Below, one piece after another: positions 1 through 9,890 of a DNA stretch of 64,000 nucleotides (within the stretch, counting starts at the first letter, position 1; each line of letters opens with the position of its first letter). This stretch comes from a virus (Duplodnaviria > Caudoviricetes). Location of the stretch: IMG/VR virus record IMGVR_UViG_3300003937_000325. The stretch is one strand, 5' to 3'. The notes under the pieces are model-generated. The model ran no database searches. It had not been told where the DNA came from and worked only from the letters and a program-made list of their open reading frames with translations. The position numbers and the translations under genes were made by a program.

Positions 1-1797
1 ATGTGGTAGGTCTTGATAGGTGAACCCTTTTTTTCTTGACGTTCTCCACGCTAAGTTTTCTAAAGAAAACATGTATTTTTTAACTCCTTCACCTTTAGGA
101 CTAAAATCATTACCTACTATGTTTGTACTTTCATTACCCCTCATTGGTGCAATGTTTAAATTGTATGTACTATCTAACACTGAGTAAGTAAACCGTCTAT
201 TTGCCGTTGTAATACCCTCAGTTTTTTGTAAATCACCCATAGAGTAATATGGGGTATCTTTAGTAAATACACGACAATACTCCTGTCCAACAATATCACC
301 ATCAACATCTTTATAGGCAATTACTCTTGAACCTTTTGTTAGTTCTCTCGTACCGTCATGAAACACTTTTGATACTTGGTCGATGGCATTACCAACATGT
401 TGTAGTTTTCTAACACCTACTACCTCATCGGCAGCGTTAATTAATTTTTGTGTATTATCTAATATAGAACCTTTAGTGTATTGGTAGTTTCCGGAACCAT
501 CTACTGATTGTGTGGCGGTAAAAGTATTTTGAACCCCTTGTTCATTCCAATCCGTATCAATAGTACCAAAAAACTCAGCACCTTTACCAACTTTTTGTCC
601 TGCCCTATCTTTATATTTTGGTGAAACCCAAGTAAATCCTCCTTGTAATCCCCCATCATCATATGTTGAGGTTTGATTTAAACCAAATTTATATTGATTA
701 TCTTTTTCTTCGTTTTCGTAAATTTTAGCAACCTCATCATAACCATATACGGGTGTTTGAGTTTTATTACCATCTCTATCTAACGGTAATGACTCCGCAG
801 GGGCAACAACATCTCTCATTTCTTGTTGCGAACTACCTACGTAATAATTTTGTTTAGGTACCTTTGTAAATAAATCGGTTAAGAAGTTTTTATTATAATC
901 AGGTATATAACGGTTTAATCTAAGTCCGTGAAAAAGTCTTGAACGTTGTCCACCACCTGTATTATCCAAGAATATTTGCATTCCTGTCTTTTCGGTGGGT
1001 AACTTTAAAACTCCTCTCTTATCAAATAAACCTGTTATTTTATTGGCTATTTGATTTAAATACATTTGTTTTGGTTCAGAACTAAAGTAATCACCAGGTA
1101 TCCACGAATATGGTGAATACACACCACTAACTCTACTAATGAAGTCTAAACCTTTACCAATTAAACTCTTAGGTACTGAAATTTTCCAATCTCTCTCAAT
1201 AATAGATTTATTACCTGTGACGATACCGAGTAAATCAAATGGGTCTGTTAACGCATCTATCGCGTTTACTCTACCTATAGTTTGTTGATATGTTTCTTCG
1301 GCTATTCGATATTGAAACTCAGTCTTAAGTGATTCCGCAGCAATTCTCGCTAAATCAGAATCTTGAGATAGTGAACCGTTATCCCCTTGAGGGTTTTGAC
1401 TTGTTAATAATATAAATGGATTGTATGAAGAAGCAATAAAAGTATTATATGGACTTTTACCGACTAATGCTGGTATCCCTTGTCCCATATCTAAATTTAA
1501 AGTATTACTAAAACTAGTTACAGAATTTATAAAGGTTATGTCATCAATAGATTTTGGCTCACCAAAACCTCCTTCAGGTCCATATTGGTTTTTAACATAA
1601 GCATAGTTCCCTTCATCAGAACCAATTACTTCCACCTCTTGAGAGTCAATAACACCAATATCATTTATAATAACTTCACTTTGTCCTGGTTGTGACGCAG
1701 GAGTAAAACCATCACTATTATATGGTTGTAGATTTTTTACTAATAATTTTTTTCTAAAATTTTCAGTAGAATCAAATGATAATGGACTTAATGACAT
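1..1797 (-). CDS. Large putative virion/baseplate structural protein, truncated by the window edge (missing from the ORF track)
   Basis: Manual translation: ATG at 1797 gives MSLSPLSFDSTENFRKKLLVKNLQPY..., and the same frame is open at the window edge (...KKYMFSLENLAWRTSRKKGFTYQDLPH). The interior was not translated end to end. Lies directly downstream of the tape measure gene and has a TATTTAT motif 17 nt upstream. Confidence 0.7.
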   Translation of the reverse strand, partial: MSLSPLSFDSTENFRKKLLVKNLQPYNSDGFTPASQPGQSEVIINDIGVIDSQEVEVIGSDEGNYAYVKNQYGPEGGFGEPKSIDDITFINSVTSFSNTLNLDMGQGIPALVGKSPYNTFIASSYNPFILLTSQNPQGDNGSLSQDSDLARIAAESLKTEFQYRIAEETYQQTIGRVNAIDALTDPFDLLGIVTGNKSIIERDWKISVPKSLIGKGLDFISRVSGVYSPYSWIPGDYFSSEPKQMYLNQIANKITGLFDKRGVLKLPTEKTGMQIFLDNTGGGQRSRLFHGLRLNRYIPDYNKNFLTDLFTKVPKQNYYVGSSQQEMRDVVAPAESLPLDRDGNKTQTPVYGYDEVAKIYENEEKDNQYKFGLNQTSTYDDGGLQGGFTWVSPKYKDRAGQKVGKGAEFFGTIDTDWNEQGVQNTFTATQSVDGSGNYQYTKGSILDNTQKLINAADEVVGVRKLQHVGNAIDQVSKVFHDGTRELTKGSRVIAYKDVDGDIVGQEYCRVFTKDTPYYSMGDLQKTEGITTANRRFTYSVLDSTYNLNIAPMRGNESTNIVGNDFSPKGEGVKKYMFSLENLAWRTSRKKGFTYQDLPH

Positions 1798-1884
1798 CTA
1801 TATATTCTTTTTAGATAAATAGATGGTAACATAATTTTGTGTAAACTAAAAGAATAGATTTATACAAAGATACCCCTATTAATA

Positions 1885-3825
1885 TTATGAGTTCATACCC
1901 ATACTAGTTACAGACCCACCATACGTTCCATCTTTATTAAGTAGTTGGGAACTGATTGCGGCTATCGCGTCTGGATTATTAATTAAGTATCTAGCAAACT
2001 CCTCCTTAGTCATAACCGAATTAGTCGGCATATTATCAAGTTTTAAATTAACTTCACCACTCACATTAAGGTTAGAATTAGATGCGATGGCACTCGTAGT
2101 TGGTTCATTAATGTTAAGACTTGAAGTATTTAAATTATTCACAGAGAAATTATCTCGTTGAGTGGGTGGGGGGCCTTCCCCACCTTCATTATTTTCATTT
2201 GTATTACCCTCACCTGTAACAGGTTGAACCTCCGTATTATTTGAACGTTCAGTAGGCGTTGCGGTCGAACCAGGAAAAAGGTCTTTAAGTTTGTCCATAA
2301 AATCCCTTTTAAAATCAAATTCCCCAAATTTTATAGCCGCCATATCGAACGCTTCTTGAATAAACCCATACGCAGCATCCGCAAAATCATCGGCCTGGTC
2401 TGGACTTACTTTTAATTGACTTAATCCCAAAGAAAACGCTTCGACAACTTTATCAGGTATTTGAAAAAATTCTTGTGCCCTTCTTCCTTTACCTCTTTCA
2501 CCTTTATCGTTCTCACCTTTAAGAGAGTCAATTACATTGGTACTAGACGTTACTAAACCTTCCGCGATATCTGTAAAACCGTCACCTTGTGCTAATTGTA
2601 GTCTAGTCATATTCGTTAGAACTGATTGAGCCGCGGCTATTTCATTGAGATAACCCATCGATTTTTTAGCGACATCTAGTTCATTCATCGCATCTTTAGC
2701 TACAACTTTTTCTAATGCCGTGTAATCATTAGCTGTCATATCATTGAAACCTTGACCAATTTGTCTAAGTGTCCCATCAGGCATAGTAATATCAATATTA
2801 CCGTCTTTATTAATCTTACCAAGATTAGAAATTAACTCTTTTTGTTCATCACTTACACCACTAAGATTACCTAATATATCTAATTTCTTATTTTTTTGAG
2901 CTGCCTTCATAGCTAATTCGGTCATCTCTTGGTAACCCATTCCAGCTAAATCCGCGGCCTCTCTAAGTCGATACATCTCAGTAACAGGGATATCAAATTC
3001 ACCCGTTTCTTCGTTAAAACTCACTGATGCTGCGGCCATACCAACAACACTATCTTGTAGACCTTCCATATCCGTTTGAGCCATGTGAAGTAACTGAAAT
3101 GGGTCACCTAGTTTACCAATGGCACCACCTAACATTTGGAAACCTGCGGCGGTTTCAATCGCGGCTTCAGGGGACATTAATTTATCAGCTAAACTAACAG
3201 TTGTACCCATATCAATTCTTAAAGATTGAGCTTGTGCGACCATATTAGAAAGACCTTTCACACCATCTTTAAAATTATATGATGTCATTAACTTTAAATT
3301 CTTGTTAACACCACCCATAAATTCTGAGACATTTAAACCATATGACCGAGCCTGTTTTGTCATACCTTCCATTGTTTCCAATGTTTTGTCGGTTGTATAA
3401 CCTAATGTATCAAATGAAGTCGCCATAGTAGCTAATTCCGCGGCAGACATATTAGCGGTAAAACCTAAGATTTGAAATGCCTCAATTTGTTTGTCAGAGA
3501 AAAATGTTAATCTCATCATGGACTCATTTAGAGCCCCATATAATTTAATATTATCTTCAACACCTTTTCCAACTAATAAAGTATTTTCTGCGGCGGCAGC
3601 AGATGCTTTTTGTATGGCGTTTCCAACTACCCTTGTCGAACCCATGACCTCCCTAGCAGTATTTGCCGCTAGAGTATTGTAACCCGCCACGGAGTTAATC
3701 ACCGATTGGATTTCGGTTAAACTATTTTTAAGACTTGTAGCAAAAGCTTTAAGGGAAATATCAGCTATTTTAATATTAGTAGCAATATTACCCGTTACTT
3801 TTTCCATATCATCAGATTGGTACAT
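1885..3825 (-). CDS. Tail tape measure protein
   Basis: 646 aa, Ala/Met/Gly-rich and helical in character; canonical position after tail tube and chaperone genes; length similar to T4 gp29. Confidence 0.7.
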   Translation of the reverse strand: MYQSDDMEKVTGNIATNIKIADISLKAFATSLKNSLTEIQSVINSVAGYNTLAANTAREVMGSTRVVGNAIQKASAAAAENTLLVGKGVEDNIKLYGALNESMMRLTFFSDKQIEAFQILGFTANMSAAELATMATSFDTLGYTTDKTLETMEGMTKQARSYGLNVSEFMGGVNKNLKLMTSYNFKDGVKGLSNMVAQAQSLRIDMGTTVSLADKLMSPEAAIETAAGFQMLGGAIGKLGDPFQLLHMAQTDMEGLQDSVVGMAAASVSFNEETGEFDIPVTEMYRLREAADLAGMGYQEMTELAMKAAQKNKKLDILGNLSGVSDEQKELISNLGKINKDGNIDITMPDGTLRQIGQGFNDMTANDYTALEKVVAKDAMNELDVAKKSMGYLNEIAAAQSVLTNMTRLQLAQGDGFTDIAEGLVTSSTNVIDSLKGENDKGERGKGRRAQEFFQIPDKVVEAFSLGLSQLKVSPDQADDFADAAYGFIQEAFDMAAIKFGEFDFKRDFMDKLKDLFPGSTATPTERSNNTEVQPVTGEGNTNENNEGGEGPPPTQRDNFSVNNLNTSSLNINEPTTSAIASNSNLNVSGEVNLKLDNMPTNSVMTKEEFARYLINNPDAIAAISSQLLNKDGTYGGSVTSMGMNS

Positions 3826-3853
3826 AGATATAATTGTTTACTATAAATATTAG

Positions 3854-4060
3854 TTATCTAGATTTCTGTCGTTGTTTTTCTATCTGTTCGTTTTTTTCTT
3901 GGAATTCAGAAGAAAGTTTATCAATAAAAAACTTTCTCTCAAAGGTGGGCATTAATTGTAGGTCTGAGTAAGACATATTAACATGTTTACTTAGATAATA
4001 GAACTCATCGAGCATAATTTTCCTATAGTTAGAAGAAAGGACGAAAAAACTCTGCCCCAA
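3854..4060 (-). CDS. gp51-like / gpT-like tail or baseplate assembly chaperone (own ATG at 4015, or frameshift extension of the upstream gene)
   Basis: YYLSKHVNMSYSDLQLMPTFERKFFIDKL resembles the 'hydrophobic-x-MP-x-x-ER' signature of gp51/gpT-type chaperones; overlaps the upstream ORF; the annotated start is a TTG. Confidence 0.55.
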   Translation of the reverse strand: MGQSFFVLSSNYRKIMLDEFYYLSKHVNMSYSDLQLMPTFERKFFIDKLSSEFQEKNEQIEKQRQKSR

Positions 4061-4778
4061 AAGTGATACGCATAGTCACTTTTTCTCCTGACGGGGCTGT
4101 AGTAGTTCTATTAAGGTCCAACTTAGGTTCACAATCTTTCATTGTGTTTCTAATAAATTTTGAATCCATAATAGGTAGCGTACTTATAAAGGTTGATATT
4201 TTTTCTCTATTTTCATCCCCATCTATGGAAATGATTAACTTTTCTAACCGTTTAGTAACAAGAGGTACCGTTACTCCGTCAGGGTATAAATCAGGTAATT
4301 CAGATAACTCATTAGTATCTTGAATATTTAAAAGTCGACATACAACATTGACACCTGTTTTTGGTAAATTAAATTCAAATAAGCCCTTTTCATTAGGTTT
4401 TATCTTAGTTTTTTCAATGTTTAATTCATCTAAAGCCACCTTAAAATTAAAATCCTTACCTGTTTTTGGGTCTTTTAATACAAAGTTATAGTCAGAACCA
4501 AACGCAGTATTTCTTAAAAATATTAATACAGCCTCGGCGTCCCCATCTAATAATTCGTTAACATTAAAATCAGGTTCGTAAATTTTATTTTTTAGTAATG
4601 TCATCACTAAGTTTTTACTTCCTGAATTAGATAATAATAAGTTTTCATCCTGAGCGGTTAAATAACCGACTTTAAGTGATTTTTTCTTATTAGTGTAAAA
4701 AATACCTTGCGATGGTAATGGTACCACATCGTGTGGTAAATTCATATTTGCTTGTCCGTATTGTTTTCCTTGGTCCAT
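4029..4778 (-). CDS. T4 gp26-like baseplate hub / tail assembly chaperone
   Basis: LPHDVVPLPSQG...VGYLTAQDENLL N-terminus is typical of gp26-like proteins; located between tube and tape measure. Confidence 0.65.
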   Translation of the reverse strand: MDQGKQYGQANMNLPHDVVPLPSQGIFYTNKKKSLKVGYLTAQDENLLLSNSGSKNLVMTLLKNKIYEPDFNVNELLDGDAEAVLIFLRNTAFGSDYNFVLKDPKTGKDFNFKVALDELNIEKTKIKPNEKGLFEFNLPKTGVNVVCRLLNIQDTNELSELPDLYPDGVTVPLVTKRLEKLIISIDGDENREKISTFISTLPIMDSKFIRNTMKDCEPKLDLNRTTTAPSGEKVTMRITFGAEFFRPFF

Positions 4779-4794
4779 AATAGTTTATTTAAAT

Positions 4795-4830
4795 AAAAAA
4801 CCATAGAAGTTCAATGACCTCTATGGTTTT
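4795..4830 (-). terminator. Intrinsic terminator downstream of tail tube gene
   Basis: Inverted repeat AAAACCATAGA...TCTATGGTTTT followed on the minus strand by TTTTTTATTT. Confidence 0.65.
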
Positions 4831-4831
4831 A

Positions 4832-4859
4832 AATATACAATTGATTGGTTTATTATCAA
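4832..4859 (-). promoter_or_regulatory. sigma70-like promoter TTGATA-N16-TATATT for the chaperone gene
   Basis: Read directly on the minus strand; same class as the promoters at 19932-19960 and 59210-59238. Confidence 0.4.
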
Positions 4860-4872
4860 TACTTGTTTTATA

Positions 4873-5361
4873 TTAGTATACCAAAATACATCTATCAGGA
4901 CGTAATGTAGCTGTAATAGTAGCTAACGCATCATCACTATATCCTAAACTATCGAAATTAACATCAGTTAAAAATGTTCCTTGTAGAATCCATTTTTCAA
5001 CCGCCACACCTGTTGGGTCTAACATCTCTAGGTCTAAGTCTTTCTTATAACCTGCAGCATATCCCATACGTCCTGTTACGGACTCTGAATGTAATCTAAC
5101 CCACTCCATTAACGCTTGTGACGCTGATGGTCCAATTGGGTCACGGAATGTAACGTTTATCGTGTTCCACACGAATCTACCTGCTACGTATGTAGAGGTG
5201 TTTAAAAAAGGAATCTCTGTTGACCCGATTTGGATGTTAGGTCTTGATGTAGACTCAACATACCAAGAATTAATACCCAATGAAGATGGAAACGATAGTA
5301 TAAATCGGTTCTTCCTTTTTGGTTCATAGGGAACGGGCATTTTCATTAATAAGTCTGCCAT
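4873..5361 (-). CDS. gp19: Tail tube protein (T4 gp19-like)
   Basis: 162 aa; YEPKRKNRF, W-x-x-I-x-V-T-F-R-D, 'W-x-L-x-G-x-F' and C-terminal 'TATLRPDRC' motifs; downstream of sheath. Confidence 0.9.
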   Translation of the reverse strand: MADLLMKMPVPYEPKRKNRFILSFPSSLGINSWYVESTSRPNIQIGSTEIPFLNTSTYVAGRFVWNTINVTFRDPIGPSASQALMEWVRLHSESVTGRMGYAAGYKKDLDLEMLDPTGVAVEKWILQGTFLTDVNFDSLGYSDDALATITATLRPDRCILVY

Positions 5362-5481
5362 TGTATTTTGGTTTTATATTTCTTTAGTTTATTTAATTAT
5401 AAATATCCAGTTTAAAAGTTTTTCTATTTACTTTTATTTTTTTTTCAGTAATCTACTAGAGCAAATAAAATATAATAATAA

Positions 5482-6333
5482 TTATACTTCTTTTTTATCT
5501 CCTCCTTTAGTTAAATACATTTTAACTGGTTTATCTTTATATTCTTTATCTAAAAATGCTTTAATCTTTTCTACATTGCCTGGGTCATCGTCAGAAAACC
5601 CAATCATAGGTATGAAATTATTTTTTATATCATTTTTAAGAAAGGCTTTTTTACCAATTCTTTCACTCATTTCTTTCACATACGCGATAAAACTCCTTAA
5701 AGCTTTAATTTTACCCTCTTCAGGGTCAGCAGCGTTACCTTCACCATATGTTACAGGATGGTATTTATTTAAATCCAAATAATCATTAATCATTACGGAC
5801 GAATCCTTTTCCTCGTCACCCGACATATTACGATACTTTTTAAGATTGTCAATTAAAGACTCCTTGCTAATACCGTTATGGTTAGTCACAATCATATTAT
5901 AAATCGCTTCACGTAATACCGATGGTGTGTGACCTCTTGCAGTGATTATTGAAAAAATTGACCCCCCGTTTATCGCTTCAACAAAATCATTCCACGATGG
6001 ACCTGGTTTTGCTAATAGGGAGTCCACTATAAAGGCGTTATCACCCTTAACTCCGAAATTTCTGTAAGGGTCATCGGCATACCCTACAATCATTTTACCC
6101 TTATATTCAAAAGGTTCTTTACCAATCATACCTCGATAGTCGGCGAAGTCTTCTGTTGACATTCCCACCTCCTCGTCCTCATCGGACAAAAGTATGATTT
6201 GTGTCGGCATAGTCGCAATATTATCATCCCAATCAAAAGCATAATACTTTAAATCGGGATTACCTTCAGGGTCAAACCCTTCTTGTAATTTTTTTTCGTG
6301 ATAAAATTCTCTAATAACCTTCTTTAAACTCAT
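5482..6333 (-). CDS. HAD-superfamily phosphatase (PNK/RNA-repair phosphatase-like)
   Basis: Motif I FDWDDNI, motif II IITARGH, motif IV FSDDD. Confidence 0.6.
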   Translation of the reverse strand: MSLKKVIREFYHEKKLQEGFDPEGNPDLKYYAFDWDDNIATMPTQIILLSDEDEEVGMSTEDFADYRGMIGKEPFEYKGKMIVGYADDPYRNFGVKGDNAFIVDSLLAKPGPSWNDFVEAINGGSIFSIITARGHTPSVLREAIYNMIVTNHNGISKESLIDNLKKYRNMSGDEEKDSSVMINDYLDLNKYHPVTYGEGNAADPEEGKIKALRSFIAYVKEMSERIGKKAFLKNDIKNNFIPMIGFSDDDPGNVEKIKAFLDKEYKDKPVKMYLTKGGDKKEV

Positions 6334-6341
6334 CTTTCTAC

Positions 6342-6485
6342 TTAGTTTTTCTTATTAATTTTTACCATTAGTCTCTCTAATTGTGACTCAGATATAACAA
6401 TATTCTGAGGTTTTTTAGAAAAAGACTTTTTTCCGTCAGACTTTACGTTTAACGACTCGTTAAGTGTTTTTTTCTTGAATTCCAT
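6342..6485 (-). CDS. 47-aa basic mini-protein (not in ORF track) with IVISESQLERL motif
   Basis: Manual translation MEFKKKTLNESLNVKSDGKKSFSKKPQNIVISESQLERLMVKINKKN; fills the gap between sheath and HAD genes. Confidence 0.65.
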   Translation of the reverse strand: MEFKKKTLNESLNVKSDGKKSFSKKPQNIVISESQLERLMVKINKKN

Positions 6486-6516
6486 TTTATTTTTGTTTAA
6501 ACGTTTAATTGGCTAA

Positions 6517-6538
6517 GAGGAGGGAATTAACCCTCCTC
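6517..6538 (-). terminator. GC-rich hairpin after sheath gene (terminator or RNA-stability element)
   Basis: GAGGAGGG-AATTAA-CCCTCCTC perfect 8-bp stem; the U-tract is weak. Confidence 0.45.
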
Positions 6539-6561
6539 CTTAATATAAATATAGTTAGTTA

Positions 6562-9500
6562 TTAAATATCTTCAAAAGATGCTCCTGTAGGAGTAATCAA
6601 GAATTCAATATCTATAAATTCAAGTGCTCTTGTTGGTTTCAAGTAAATTTTACCTGTTAACGTATTAGAGTCTAAATCTTCAGGTGTATTTGAAACTGTA
6701 ACTCTAAAGTCAATCAAACCTCTGTCTCTTCTAATACTATCTAAGATAGGATTAACTGAGTCTAAGAACTCTTGTCTAACTTGTTCATCGTTTTGTTCGA
6801 ATAATAATCTTACCGCTACTGCCGAAATTAACTTACGTGCTTGTAGTAATAATCTTCTAACATTTATTCTATCAAGTGCAGATTCTTTAATCTGTAAAGT
6901 TTTGTTACCCCAAATAACTGTACCAACATCAGAGAAGGTTGCTATCGGGTTTAATCTACCTTGATAAAGTGTATCTCTATCTTCTTGTGTTAGTTTTTTA
7001 CGTGCTTTAACAGAATTAACTAAACCTCTCGTGTAACCCGCTGATGCGAACCATGGGAAAGCGATGTTGTCTGTTAATGCTAAGTTTCTAACAACTTCAC
7101 CTGTTGGTGGAAGATAAATCTGTGTATTATTAACCGTATCTCTTGTAAGAATCCATGGGTAATAAGTTGCAGTGTAGTTAGAGTCAATTCCTGTATCCTC
7201 TAAATTATCTACCGCCTCTTCAGGATAAATGAAGTCCGTATCGAAATTCCCTAAAGAAGGTGTAAACATATTATAATCAGGTGTTGTACAAATATAAACT
7301 GAATCCGCTCTGTCCTGTTCAATCATGTCAATTGCTGACTCAACTAAATTTGAGTTGTTAACATAATCAATACCAGGTGTAGTAAACACGTTAATGTTAA
7401 CTGATTCAGGATTATTGAATGTGTACTGACCCCATAAGTAAGCGTAATAATCAGTGTTAGCCCAAGTTAATTTATCTGGACCTACAATTTGTTTAAATGC
7501 TCCCCACCCTGTTGCGGTTGGATAAGTTATTGATGGTGCAGCACCTGCTCTAAATCCAGCAGCTCCTAATTGGTACCTGTCACCATTAGTTCTATATTGC
7601 CTGTAAATGTCCCATCCGTCAAAACCTCCTGATGGTACAACAGTGAACTTACGTGCATTTAATCTATAATATGGGTTACTTTCACTTTGAGGTTCCCCGT
7701 CAAAACTAGCGTCACCAACTTCAAAAGCGGTTTCACCTGAAGTAACATAGTTAGATGAAATTAAAATAACCGTTGCTCCTGAATCCATATGGTAACCTTT
7801 AGTTAGGTAAGACCATGGTTGTGAATCAGTAGCGGTCGCTAAATTAGTAGGATTTTGTTTTCCTTTATATGATAAGAAATCCGCATCTATACCTGCGGTG
7901 TTAGAAACACCTAAGTATGTTCTTCTTACTCTATCACCTGAACTTCTTGTTTCATTGTCTGTACCTGAAGCCGCACCAAATGGTGGGTTCCAAATAACTT
8001 CACCCGGTGTGTCATATTTTGTTTTATATTCTAAGAATGGTGATTTAACCCCTGAATACTGTCTAGTTTGATATCCTCTAAACCCACAAGGTAGTGAATC
8101 CATAGGTGCATCTTCATTCATTTCTAACATTATAAATCTTGACCTTAATTCAAATTCACCATTAGATGTACCAATTTTCTTAGCTACAAAACTATTTTGG
8201 TTGATATCCATCGTACAGTTAGTGAATTTCTCTAAAACTACAGGATTTGCGTCTGTATCGAAGAAATCACGTACTACAACATCAAAGGTTCCATTATTAA
8301 ATGAGATATTCATAATTGAAACTTTTACCTCTCTGTTTGCAGCATTACCGTCAGATATTGTTATAACTTTAAACATATCATAAACTTGGTTACCTCTCAG
8401 TTCTGAAACAAAATATGGAGTTTCAGGTGTTTGATATTGTTCTAAATACCAACCAATACTTGTGTTAGTTCCTAAATCTTGTCTCGCACTTGGTAAATCA
8501 GTTAGTGTACAATTTAAACCACGAACACGACCTAATCTATAACCAGTATTTAATAAGTTATAATATTCTTCTTCTACGAATAAAGGTACTTCAGATTTTG
8601 GTTTTGCAAAATTCGATTTTCCGAATACCTTTGATAGGTAATTGGAATTAGATACGTTAAATGATGTTTGGAAAAAGAAATTATCTCCATTTGCAGTTGT
8701 TGCTGAAAGACCAAATGTAGAGAAAGGGTTAGTATTAACCTCCGAGTAAACACCCGTACAATCCATGTTAACATCAGTTAATCCTGATACTTCATATACA
8801 GGACCATCATCAGAAGTATATGTATCGATACCTCGTGAACGTAAAGTTGCTACTACCACATCATGATAATCATTATACGGTGTACCTGTATAATTAGTTA
8901 CGTAAACTTGAGCGGTCCCTTGATATTCGAGACCAACCGTATTTACTAACGTGGTTACACCAAAGCCGAAACCTGTACCATTATAAACACCATTAGATTC
9001 TGTAAATAATGCGTAATACCATGGGTCGTTTACTGAGTCAGTTAATTCTATTGATTCAAACTGTATATTTTCAACACCTAAAACATTTACGTTACTTACG
9101 TAATTAGGTGTAGTAGTTACTCCTGTAATATTATCATATGTGGTCGAATCGACTGCTCCCCAAAAATAGGAGGTTTGTCCCGAATTTGCGTTGTTTACAA
9201 TTTCAGAATAGAAATAACCTTCCATATCTGATTGTAAAGTTGATTCACCGCCAGTATATGTTGTATATGAATCTGTTATCACACCTTGAATTGAAGCGGG
9301 TAGACCACCATAATTGGTGATAGCCACACTTGTAGATGTTCCTGAAACTCCGGAGAATGACACTGTAAATGGTCCAGTTTGTCCCGTAGCGGTCGTTCCT
9401 GAACTATCTAAGTTACCGATAGTTGTTATTGACCATGAAGGTCCTGCGTCATACCCTGATAATCCAAGTACCCTTGTTACAAACAATTGATTTGATTGTT

Positions 9501-9756
9501 GTAGATAAGACTTAGCTATATAAGCCGCCTCATACTTAGGTATCTGAGTATTTACAAATTTAGTTGGATTTGTACCACCAAAATAGGATTGGAACTCATC
9601 GTAATTAGTAATGAAAATCGGCTCGAATGCTGGTCCCGAAATTGTTTCACCTACTAACCCAAGAGTTGTTACTCCTACACTTTGTGCTACAAAACTTAAA
9701 TCTCTTTCTGATGTATAAACACCCGGAGATACGAATACTTTGTTAGATGTCGCCAT
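6562..9756 (-). CDS. gp18: Contractile tail sheath protein (T4 gp18-like)
   Basis: N-terminal FVSPGVYTSERDLS; C-terminal WFASAGYTRG, LNPIATF, IWGNKTL, RINVRRLL and PTRALEFIDIEF sheath motifs. Confidence 0.95.
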   Translation of the reverse strand: MATSNKVFVSPGVYTSERDLSFVAQSVGVTTLGLVGETISGPAFEPIFITNYDEFQSYFGGTNPTKFVNTQIPKYEAAYIAKSYLQQSNQLFVTRVLGLSGYDAGPSWSITTIGNLDSSGTTATGQTGPFTVSFSGVSGTSTSVAITNYGGLPASIQGVITDSYTTYTGGESTLQSDMEGYFYSEIVNNANSGQTSYFWGAVDSTTYDNITGVTTTPNYVSNVNVLGVENIQFESIELTDSVNDPWYYALFTESNGVYNGTGFGFGVTTLVNTVGLEYQGTAQVYVTNYTGTPYNDYHDVVVATLRSRGIDTYTSDDGPVYEVSGLTDVNMDCTGVYSEVNTNPFSTFGLSATTANGDNFFFQTSFNVSNSNYLSKVFGKSNFAKPKSEVPLFVEEEYYNLLNTGYRLGRVRGLNCTLTDLPSARQDLGTNTSIGWYLEQYQTPETPYFVSELRGNQVYDMFKVITISDGNAANREVKVSIMNISFNNGTFDVVVRDFFDTDANPVVLEKFTNCTMDINQNSFVAKKIGTSNGEFELRSRFIMLEMNEDAPMDSLPCGFRGYQTRQYSGVKSPFLEYKTKYDTPGEVIWNPPFGAASGTDNETRSSGDRVRRTYLGVSNTAGIDADFLSYKGKQNPTNLATATDSQPWSYLTKGYHMDSGATVILISSNYVTSGETAFEVGDASFDGEPQSESNPYYRLNARKFTVVPSGGFDGWDIYRQYRTNGDRYQLGAAGFRAGAAPSITYPTATGWGAFKQIVGPDKLTWANTDYYAYLWGQYTFNNPESVNINVFTTPGIDYVNNSNLVESAIDMIEQDRADSVYICTTPDYNMFTPSLGNFDTDFIYPEEAVDNLEDTGIDSNYTATYYPWILTRDTVNNTQIYLPPTGEVVRNLALTDNIAFPWFASAGYTRGLVNSVKARKKLTQEDRDTLYQGRLNPIATFSDVGTVIWGNKTLQIKESALDRINVRRLLLQARKLISAVAVRLLFEQNDEQVRQEFLDSVNPILDSIRRDRGLIDFRVTVSNTPEDLDSNTLTGKIYLKPTRALEFIDIEFLITPTGASFEDI

Positions 9757-9789
9757 TGTGTAATTTTTTTCTTAAGTTTTTATTTATAG

Positions 9790-9796
9790 ATAAATA
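9790..9796 (-). promoter_or_regulatory. Putative late promoter TATTTAT (sheath)
   Basis: ATAAATA on + strand, 33 nt upstream of the sheath ATG. Confidence 0.55.
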
Positions 9797-9890
9797 TTAG
9801 CAAAAAGATGAAAAAACTATTACATAAAGAGTATATTTATATAGAGTAGGAAAAAATTCTACCTTTTTTCTACTTTTTAAAAAAACATGG

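Noticed and set aside
1865-1872. TATCTTTG Bacteroidota -7 element on the minus strand
   Set aside because: No matching -33 TTTG at the expected spacing; the downstream gene already has a late motif
6517-6538. GGAGG as a Shine-Dalgarno sequence
   Set aside because: It is part of a hairpin stem and too far from any start codon
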